Virus record (IMG/VR): IMGVR_UViG_3300043446_005562
Location: 62,001-126,000 of that record
Length of the DNA stretch: 64,000 nt
Reading direction: 5' to 3' (one strand)
In this document: in pieces, positions 28,101 through 34,049 of the stretch
How the letters are laid out: each line of letters opens with the position of its first letter
How positions within the stretch are numbered: position 1 is the stretch's first letter
Notes under the pieces: model-generated
The model's input: only the letters and a program-made list of their open reading frames with translations
What the model was told of the DNA's origin: nothing
The model's database searches: none
Translations under genes and position numbers: made by a program

Positions 28101-29666
28101 CCAATCTAATAATTGAAGACCTGTGCTACCTATTAAGGTATTATATGAATTTCCTGCACTATCGCATAAATCGATTTGTGCATAGACCTCAATACTATCG
28201 TTTGAGGCCTGTTTAAGTAAATGAAGATGAAATCTTTGAGTTCCTCCAGGAATAACTGCAAATCCTAATTGATCGGTAATGTATTCTTGAACAAGAACAT
28301 TCATGGCATTGCCGGATAAAGCAGTTGTCTTTATTTGTTGGGCGGCACCAGACGGAGTGATTTCTAATTTCTTAAGTCCTGAAATACTTGAACTTACTGA
28401 TTGATTGAAATAATATACTTGGCCGGCTGATATACCTTGCGGACCAGTTGCGCCAGATGTTCCTGAAGAACCTGATGTGCCAGAGCTGCCAGATGTTCCT
28501 GAAGAACCTGAGCTGCCGCTAGTTCCACTTGAGCCTGAAGAACCGGATGTTCCAGAGCTTCCGCTTGTTCCTGACGAACCGGAGCTACCGGATGTTCCCG
28601 AAGAGCCAGAGGTTCCACTTGAACCTGAAGTACCTGAGCTTCCTGATGTTCCAGAAGATCCTGAACTACCACTAGTTCCGCTAGATCCTGAAGAACCGGA
28701 TGTTCCGGATGAACCGTCTATACCAGAGGTTCCCGAAGAACCTGAAGTGCCTGAACTTCCTGATGTTCCAGAACTGCCAGACGAACCAGAGGTTCCACTT
28801 GAACCTGAAGTACCAGACGAACCGGATTCCCCACTTGTACCAGATGAACCTGAAGTTCCAGATGAACCGTCTATTCCGCTTGTTCCAGAAGAGCCGCTAG
28901 TACCAGAAGAACCAGACTCTCCGCTTGTACCTGAAGAACCTGAAGTCCCAGATGAACCTGAACTTCCAGAAGTTCCGCTAGAGCCAGACGTTCCGCTTGA
29001 ACCAGAACTGCCTGATGTACCAGAAGAACCTGAAGTTCCACTTGATGTTGATATACTTCCTAAAGTTTGACCTATATAATAAAATCCTCTGATGTATGGA
29101 TTTACGCTACCGTAGGTTGTCTGCAAATAGGTTACCATTGAATCCGATAAAAGAAGTAATCCATTATCGTAATTGAATACCCAGCTTACTTCTGAACCAG
29201 CATTCGTTGTTGTAGCAATTTGCGTGCCACCGGCAGTAGGATCGCCGTTCCAAAATTCAGCAGTCCATCCAATTGATGGTGAACCGTTTGCTTGTAAAAT
29301 CTTTTGAGGTTGAATCCAATCTAGGATTTGGGTTGTAATATCGCCGTATGTTGAGGCAGCGACCCATGTTGTGTTATTACCAGTTATGACTTGCGTTAAT
29401 CTTACGGCATTTCCACTAGAATAGGCATTTTCAACTATACCGTCAAGCGGATTGCCTGAGCCCAATAGGGCAAGAGCAGCTGCTTTATTTGCAACTGGAT
29501 TAGCTTTGACCTGATCAAATTGAGTTAGAACCCGATCGGCAGAAATATTTGGATTGAATGCAAATTTTGCTTCATACCAATTGAAGTTTGAGGCTGAATC
29601 TATTACGTTCGCAGCCTGGACCTTAAATACGAGTTTTAACCTTTCATTATCGGTATATCCAGCCAT
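22122..29666 (-). CDS. Second giant collagen-like fibre protein with internal C1q-like domain and C-terminal beta-helix-like domain
   Basis: 2514 aa; Gly-X-Y blocks of 68, 196 and 290 triplets; FKPTISGYYQ...IRKNG...TFFHAHLI (gC1q-like); LFVDPNGNN...LPWQTINGA (start of pectin-lyase-like beta-helix). Confidence 0.88.
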   Translation of the reverse strand: MAGYTDNERLKLVFKVQAANVIDSASNFNWYEAKFAFNPNISADRVLTQFDQVKANPVANKAAALALLGSGNPLDGIVENAYSSGNAVRLTQVITGNNTTWVAASTYGDITTQILDWIQPQKILQANGSPSIGWTAEFWNGDPTAGGTQIATTTNAGSEVSWVFNYDNGLLLLSDSMVTYLQTTYGSVNPYIRGFYYIGQTLGSISTSSGTSGSSGTSGSSGSSGTSGSSGTSGSSGSSGTSGSSGTSGESGSSGTSGSSGTSGIDGSSGTSGSSGTSGESGSSGTSGSSGTSGSSGSSGTSGSSGTSGSSGTSGIDGSSGTSGSSGSSGTSGSSGSSGTSGSSGTSGSSGTSGSSGTSGSSGSSGTSGSSGTSGSSGSSGTSGSSGSSGTSGSSGTSGSSGTSGATGPQGISAGQVYYFNQSVSSSISGLKKLEITPSGAAQQIKTTALSGNAMNVLVQEYITDQLGFAVIPGGTQRFHLHLLKQASNDSIEVYAQIDLCDSAGNSYNTLIGSTGLQLLDWVSAVVPAENTLDITLPTTTINPTDRMRVRIYLNNLDNNAHSIDFYTEGNSYYSFVLTSVGQVAGTSGSSGTSGSSGTSGSSGTSGSSGTSGSSGTSGSSGTSGSSGTSGSSGTSGSSGSSGTSGSSGTSGSSGTSGSSGTSGTSGSSGTSGSSGSSGTSGSSGTSGSSGSSGTSGSSGTSGSSGTSGSSGSSGTSGSSGTSGSSGSSGTSGSSGSSGTSGSSGTSGSSGTSGSSGSSGTSGSSGTSGSSGSSGTSGSSGSSGSSGTSGSSGSSGTSGSSGSSGTAGSSGTSGSSGTSGSSGSSGTSGSSGSSGTSGSSGTSGSSGSSGTSGSSGTSGSSGTSGSSGSSGTSGSSGSSGTSGSSGSSGTSGSSGTSGSSGTSGSSGSSGSSGSSGTSGSSGSSGTSGTSGASGASGTSGTSGSSGSSGTSGSSGTSGSSGTSGSSGTSGSSGSSGTSGSSGTSGSSGTSGSSGTSGSSGSSGTSGSSGTSGSSGSSGTSGSSGTSGSSGTSGSSGTSGSSGSSGTSGSSGSSGTSGSSGTSGSSGSSGTSGSSGSSGTAGSSGTSGSSGSSGTSGSSGTSGSAGTSGSSGTSGSSGSSGTSGSSGSSGTSGSSGSSGTSGSSGTSGSSGTSGSSGSSGTSGSSGSSGTSGTSPTGLVASNYVVQGYLAANQTVTPNSDTVIQFIDDFDPNNWWNQSTYQFKPTISGYYQITLQVLFDPGAITTNQYNSQIRKNGNSQEAIWQNQITTTVGLTQGNDKIIYMNGTTDYVDFTVYSGNSSNITIFGSNQRSQTFFHAHLIVGGGTSGTSGSSGTSGSSGSSGTSGSSGSSGSSGTSGSSGSSGTSGSAGTSGSSGTSGSSGTSGSSGSSGTSGSSGTSGLSGSSGTSGSSGSSGTSGSAGTSGSSGTSGTSGSSGTAGSSGSSGTSGSSGTSGSSGTSGSSGSSGTSGSSGSSGTSGSSGTAGSSGSSGTSGSSGSSGTSGSSGTSGSSGSSGTSGSSGSSGTSGSSGTSGSSGTAGSSGTSGSSGSSGTSGSSGSSGTSGSSGSSGTSGSSGTSGSSGSSGSSGTSGSSGTSGSSGTSGSSGSSGTSGSSGSSGTSGSSGSSGTSGSSGSSGTSGSSGTSGSSGTSGSSGSSGTSGSSGSSGTSGSSGTSGSSGSSGTSGSSGTSGSSGTSGSSGSSGTSGSSGSSGTSGSSGTSGSSGTSGSSGSSGTSGSSGTSGSSGTSGSSGSSGTSGSSGTSGSSGTSGSSGSSGTSGSSGTSGSSGSSGTSGSSGSSGTSGSSGTSGSSGSSGTSGSSGSSGTSGSSGTSGSSGSSGTSGSSGSSGTSGSSGSSGTSGSSGSSGTSGSSGTSGSSGTSGSSGTSGSSGSSGTSGSSGSSGTSGSSGTSGSSGTSGSSGSSGTSGSSGTSGSSGSSGTSGSSGSSGTSGSSGTSGSSGSSGTSGSSGTSGSSGSSGTSGSSGTSGSSGTSGSSGSSGTSGSSGSSGTSGSSGTSGSSGTSGSSGTSGSSGSSGTSGSSGSSGTSGSSGTSGSSGSSGTSGSSGSSGTSGSSGTSGSSGSSGTSGSSGTSGSSGSSGTSGSSGTSGSSGSSGTSGSSGSSGTSGSAGTSGSSGSSGTSGSSGTSGSSGSSGTSGSSGTSGSSGTSGSSGSSGTSGSSGTSGSSGSSGTSGSSGTSGTSFQAIGYAQTLFVDPNGNNTTAQLGRLDLPWQTINGALNGLSALGAGSYTIHVFRGAYTESTTVTVSSSYNVSLYFEPGVTLAVSGSAGNTWLTAAELTITGSGRYNSVISVPTMNAIFVANGSLKMNNIKIQVDHSSNGAYAILARYSSLYLENCEIVDTGANNNVYCYLVSLDQSTAYIRGCHFEMYNRRPNSVLTPGTATASSESWMLLDLNSSYTVESRLSIHQTTFASLGLTGGSPNFIYTDPQGTSKGILLDDVYFHTEEVSSYTLFNDNVTHTDDYWIGGTVVSSGQTPFPAGSWNALPPSLSGWANFLVGTNRPR
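23091..25700 (-). repeat. Gly-X-Y block 3 of fibre 2 (290 triplets)
   Basis: 2610 nt = 290 x 9. Confidence 0.9.
26148..27911 (-). repeat. Gly-X-Y block 2 of fibre 2 (196 triplets)
   Basis: 1764 nt = 196 x 9. Confidence 0.9.
28428..29039 (-). repeat. Gly-X-Y block 1 of fibre 2 (68 triplets, includes GES and GID)
   Basis: 612 nt = 68 x 9. Confidence 0.9.
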
Positions 29667-29673
29667 TTAATTA

Positions 29674-29892
29674 TTAGTTTATTTCGATACTTTCAGTAGT
29701 TGTAGTGATAGAATTTTCGTCAATTCCGGCATCAAATAGCTGAGCTTGATACTCTGCAATCATGATGTTGAATTCCGATAGGCTGGTTTTAAATACATTT
29801 ACCATCTCATCCGAAACCTTCATACTAAGAGATACTGACTGTTTTTCTTTATCTATTTTTACCTTTAGCTTTTTATCGAAAGTCTTTTCCAT
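29674..29892 (-). CDS. Small hypothetical protein
   Basis: 72 aa; fills the gap between two structural genes on the same strand. Confidence 0.6.
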   Translation of the reverse strand: MEKTFDKKLKVKIDKEKQSVSLSMKVSDEMVNVFKTSLSEFNIMIAEYQAQLFDAGIDENSITTTTESIEIN

Positions 29893-29907
29893 TGTTTAAA
29901 CTTATTT

Positions 29908-32088
29908 TTAATTAAATGCGACCGTTATTGTGTCAATTTTTATAGCAGAATTACAGATTTGAACCTCAACATAGATTCCGTTTGTTGCATTGAATCCGCC
30001 AAAAGTACCGTTGATTGTACCACCGCTTGATGATCCGAGTCTAATGCCTGGAGTGTCGGTACCTGAAGTGCTACCATCATTGAATGTTCCAAAATCATAT
30101 TCTGCACCATGTAATAATAAAGGTGGCGAACCTGTTCCGGAGTTTCCAACGGTTGCTCCAATCTTTCTAACAAATACTTTTAAGTATTGATTTTGCAGAT
30201 CGCTTAGTGCTGTTCCTACAAACGTTCCGGCGAATACCATTGAAAAACTTGGGATTGGGGTAGAAGATACACCTAGAGTTGTATAGAATAATCTGTAAAA
30301 GCTTGCGTTACCAGTTAACGAAGAGTAATTTGGATTTGCGCCGTTTTTATCAGGTTTAAATGAACTTAGATTTGGTTGAATCGTTGCAGTACTTGGATCG
30401 GTCAAGAAAAATCGATCCGGCCGTACTATTGTTCCGCCAACCACACAGGCTTCCCCGTTTGATAGAGTCGCGGTTGGATCCCAGGAGGTTGTGTAATCTG
30501 AGGCTTTTCTCCATTGTTCATCATTAAAAGTTTCAACGTATTGTGTGCTATTACCTGAAGTTGAGTAAGTATCAACTAGGATTGAATGATTAGTCGATGA
30601 ATTTGCTCCGCCAGTATTCCATGGATCGAATAGGGTTGCAGTCGCAGCCCCACTTGTTCCACGATATCTAAAGCTGGCAGCTGTGATTGTCCAATCCGAG
30701 ATATCATACTGAGCATTTGCATTGTTATAGTAATTGGTCCAACCGGTAAAAGAACCGGAAGATGGACTCCATGCATACTCTGAAATGGTCGGTAGACCGT
30801 AGTTTGCTGCTGTGAATTGAAAATTTTGAGAGGCTGCGCCTGAGCGGCCCTGTGTGTTTGCATTCAAGTTGTCAATATCATCAGTATGAGCATCGAACTT
30901 TGAACCAAGTATGTAATACTCTACACCACTTAGGTGCTTGGTAACAATATTAGCAGACGTACCAGACTCAGAGATTGTGGTTGATGCGGCTCCACCAAAG
31001 CTTGGAGTCGATGGATTCTTGTCTAAGAAAACATCACTTTGTGTGTATGTGAATGTTTGTGCACCGTCCGTTGTTGAATCCGTAACATTGGTAATTACAA
31101 TGTGATATCGACCCCCACTCAAACCGTTTGCGGTTAAAATAGTATCAGCATTTACTGAAACTGAAATGTTTGCTTTGTATTTTAGGCTATCTGCTCCGTA
31201 ATTTGAGATGGTGACTGTGATTCCAGCATTCGCGCCGCTTGATGAGTTTGAACCATCACCAGTTATGGCTGGAGTTGTGTAGGTTGCAAGTAGAGTTGTC
31301 CCGTCAGCGTCATAAACATCAACCGTTATTGTTGAATCCCCGCCCAATCCAGTAACAGCGTTTGCAGTTGAAAAGCTTGGAGTGGTCGATGTGGTTGCTG
31401 ACCGAGTTGAGGCAGCCCAGGTGTTGGTTTTAAAAGGTGAACCTTCTGAAGTTGGCGTACTAATTCTCACGCTGTATCGACTAAGAGATTCGCTTACATA
31501 ACCGGAAGAAGTTCCATCATTTGTGTTAAAATGGCTTGAAAAGGTTGGAGTTGGAATATACACGTTCAGAGTAGTATTGTCTCCAGGCTTTTGATCTGCA
31601 AAAACGTCTGCTCCAACAAAATTTACCTTTGAATAGGTTCCGAGCGAGGTGCCTTCATCGTAAAATTCAATTGCGCCGCCTGATACTGATACATCAACTT
31701 GACCGGAAGTTCCGCTGGTTGACACGGTTATGCCTGAGCCAAAATTAATTATCTGTGTTCCAACTAGCGCGGAAGTTCCATTTGACTGAACCTCTAGCGA
31801 AGAGCCCGCTGCTCCCGATTGAAAAACTGTCCAGTCGCTCAATTGAGTTGAGTCTGTGCCAGGCTCATTTGTTAAAGAATAATAGGTTCCGCTGGTACCG
31901 CTGATTCCAACGCCGACTATCATACCCAAACGACGTCTGTCCTTGGTGATGGCAAGCATTGCAGAAGTATCGTCAACGTTTCGTAGACCGTCCCGACCAT
32001 ACACGGCGTCGGTCACCGCATAGATATCTGTGGTGTCCGTTGGTGCAACTATACCTGTTACTGTAACTGATCCGGTTATTTGACTCAT
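29908..32088 (-). CDS. Probable virion structural / fibre protein
   Basis: 726 aa, S/T/G-rich; N-terminal AITKDRRRLGMIVGV resembles a module seen in phage tail proteins. Confidence 0.65.
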   Translation of the reverse strand: MSQITGSVTVTGIVAPTDTTDIYAVTDAVYGRDGLRNVDDTSAMLAITKDRRRLGMIVGVGISGTSGTYYSLTNEPGTDSTQLSDWTVFQSGAAGSSLEVQSNGTSALVGTQIINFGSGITVSTSGTSGQVDVSVSGGAIEFYDEGTSLGTYSKVNFVGADVFADQKPGDNTTLNVYIPTPTFSSHFNTNDGTSSGYVSESLSRYSVRISTPTSEGSPFKTNTWAASTRSATTSTTPSFSTANAVTGLGGDSTITVDVYDADGTTLLATYTTPAITGDGSNSSSGANAGITVTISNYGADSLKYKANISVSVNADTILTANGLSGGRYHIVITNVTDSTTDGAQTFTYTQSDVFLDKNPSTPSFGGAASTTISESGTSANIVTKHLSGVEYYILGSKFDAHTDDIDNLNANTQGRSGAASQNFQFTAANYGLPTISEYAWSPSSGSFTGWTNYYNNANAQYDISDWTITAASFRYRGTSGAATATLFDPWNTGGANSSTNHSILVDTYSTSGNSTQYVETFNDEQWRKASDYTTSWDPTATLSNGEACVVGGTIVRPDRFFLTDPSTATIQPNLSSFKPDKNGANPNYSSLTGNASFYRLFYTTLGVSSTPIPSFSMVFAGTFVGTALSDLQNQYLKVFVRKIGATVGNSGTGSPPLLLHGAEYDFGTFNDGSTSGTDTPGIRLGSSSGGTINGTFGGFNATNGIYVEVQICNSAIKIDTITVAFN

Positions 32089-32102
32089 TTACTTTTCTTT
32101 TT

Positions 32103-33002
32103 TTATGATACAATCATTGACACTGCGCCAACGAGAGGATTTTTTGATCTAAATACATTATATGTGGTGGTCTGACCAAAATCGTTTGTGATTGATATTG
32201 GCAGATACGTAATATTTCCGCCTCCGCTTGAATAGCCGTCTCCTGAATCTGCAAGCGCAAACGGTAAGCCGTTATAATATATTGAACCCGGTACTCCATA
32301 ACTTGCTGGAATTGCAAGATACTTATAATCATTTGCACTAAATGAATATGTTCCAGCCTTGCCTCCAAGCAATTGTCCATTTGTTAGATTTTTGACGAAT
32401 GACGCGGTTGGAGTTGATGTAGAAGATGAAGTACCCCAATAAACTTTCCAAAACCAATACTTGGTTAAAGAAGAGGCATAGGTGCCGTTCAGAGTATTTG
32501 TGCCGCTGATGCTCCAAGTGTATGAACCGTAAGTGTTTAGGCTAACTGCACTGCCGTAGGTATGAGAGTTGGAACCGTCAGCTGGCTGACCGGTTAAAAG
32601 AGTACCGGTCGTATCAGTAATTACAATTGAATTTGGAGAAACGTTAGAGTCTTGAGTTGAATTCCAGCTAAAGGTTAACGAAGTAGGTAGAGCATCCCCA
32701 ACCTCCAACACGGAGGCTCCGGAAACTCCAAAGCTGCTGAACGCTGGATTTAGGTATGGGTAGAGTAAATAATCCCACATTTGCTGCATTGTTGCCCCGT
32801 TAAAGGTTTGCCCAACAGTAATACCGCCCAGGGCAGATTGAATTGGAGTTAAATTGGTATAGGTGATACTCGCTCCGCCGCCAGCAACATCATTGCTCCA
32901 GGAGAGATTGCCATTGGAATCTATTACTAGAAATCTGGTCTTGGCATTATCCTGGGTGACCCCGCTAAGATCTACCTGTTTTATTTTTAACTTATGGGAC
33001 AT
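32103..33002 (-). CDS. Probable virion structural protein
   Basis: 299 aa; S/T/G-rich with an Ig-like beta pattern; GATAAATAA motif at 33032-33040. Confidence 0.6.
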   Translation of the reverse strand: MSHKLKIKQVDLSGVTQDNAKTRFLVIDSNGNLSWSNDVAGGGASITYTNLTPIQSALGGITVGQTFNGATMQQMWDYLLYPYLNPAFSSFGVSGASVLEVGDALPTSLTFSWNSTQDSNVSPNSIVITDTTGTLLTGQPADGSNSHTYGSAVSLNTYGSYTWSISGTNTLNGTYASSLTKYWFWKVYWGTSSSTSTPTASFVKNLTNGQLLGGKAGTYSFSANDYKYLAIPASYGVPGSIYYNGLPFALADSGDGYSSGGGNITYLPISITNDFGQTTTYNVFRSKNPLVGAVSMIVS

Positions 33003-33061
33003 ATTAGATTGATACGTTTTTCTCTACAGAGTTATTTATCAATCCAAAACCGATTAAGAAA

Positions 33062-34018
33062 TTAATTACGTCTTTCTTTTGCGTATAAAATTGCCTCAAC
33101 GTATTTTGCAGAAGCCGTATTTGGGTCAATGCTGGAAAAGTCAGCTTCGAATGGATTTTTATTGATAAATTCACCCTTATAAAACAACTTTCCGCCATTA
33201 TTATTTGTGACCCCGGCGTTATGCATGATATTGTGTTTGTTATAGTCATTAAGGGATGAAGTTCCCCAGCTAAAATCCAGTTCAGGTTCAATTAGGGTCT
33301 GTGCACCCATTTTCCAGGCACCCCAAAGAACTGCCCACATATCTGCGCACCATTTTTGAATTGGATGATATTTTGCAAGTTCATCCGGGGGTAAAGTTTC
33401 GCGTTCATGTGCTTCTCGATCTGCCATGTATCGATAAAGGGCTAGGGAAACCTCTTTTACGTCTTGCCAATATTCGGCTGAAACCCCCTTCATTAGATAT
33501 TGAGCTCCGCCTGAATTATTTTGATTTTGTTCCACCATCTCGGGTAAAATCTTGGCAAGAGAACACATATCGACAAAAAGATCATTTGATTTTGATTTAA
33601 TGTATTCGGCTCCAATGTAAGAGACAGTATCGCTGACATACCAGTATAGGTTATCTCGCATTTCATCAAAATTCGGCAGTTGCCTAAAGATGATGTCAGA
33701 ATCATGATAGAAGATGACCTCTTTGTTGAGCTCAGGATGGGCTCTGAAATGCTGCTCAATTATGTCGGGTCTAAGAATTGGAATGTAACCGAAATTATTG
33801 GTAATGGTCTTGCGATAAGAAAAAAATCTAACGTATGGGTACTTTGCAGCAAGGGCATTAAGCTCTTGGGAAGGCGTGCCTGCATGCGCCCAAAGTACTT
33901 CAATCCAATTTGGATTTATTCCGGCTTTTATAAAATTATGAATCATTACCTCAACCTGCCAATGAAAGTATGGCACATCAGGTTGAGCTGATAAAAATAC
34001 AATCTTCTTAGATAACAT
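33062..34018 (-). CDS. GT-A fold glycosyltransferase resembling plant peptidyl-serine galactosyltransferase (SERGT1, GT96) / Hyp-arabinosyltransferase (HPAT, GT95)
   Basis: PYFHWQVEVMIHNF, GYIPILRP, FYHDSDIIF (DxD) and WCADMWAVLW motifs parallel GT95/96 conserved blocks. Confidence 0.7.
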   Translation of the reverse strand: MLSKKIVFLSAQPDVPYFHWQVEVMIHNFIKAGINPNWIEVLWAHAGTPSQELNALAAKYPYVRFFSYRKTITNNFGYIPILRPDIIEQHFRAHPELNKEVIFYHDSDIIFRQLPNFDEMRDNLYWYVSDTVSYIGAEYIKSKSNDLFVDMCSLAKILPEMVEQNQNNSGGAQYLMKGVSAEYWQDVKEVSLALYRYMADREAHERETLPPDELAKYHPIQKWCADMWAVLWGAWKMGAQTLIEPELDFSWGTSSLNDYNKHNIMHNAGVTNNNGGKLFYKGEFINKNPFEADFSSIDPNTASAKYVEAILYAKERRN

Positions 34019-34049
34019 ACTAAATTATACTAGAAATTGCCTATTGGAT

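Noticed and set aside
14278-29039. Repeat arrays as a possible CRISPR array or non-coding satellite
   Set aside because: No constant repeat with unique spacers. Variation is synonymous and in frame, which indicates coding selection.
14243-29070. Long plus-strand ORFs of PEVPEEP type (e.g. 16508-21787, 1759 aa; 23149-25725) and minus-strand alternative-frame QVLQEL ORFs
   Set aside because: They are shadows of the stop-poor 9-nt Gly-X-Y repeat. They begin and end with the repeat blocks and have no independent domains, whereas the real frame has globular domains and an S74 chaperone.
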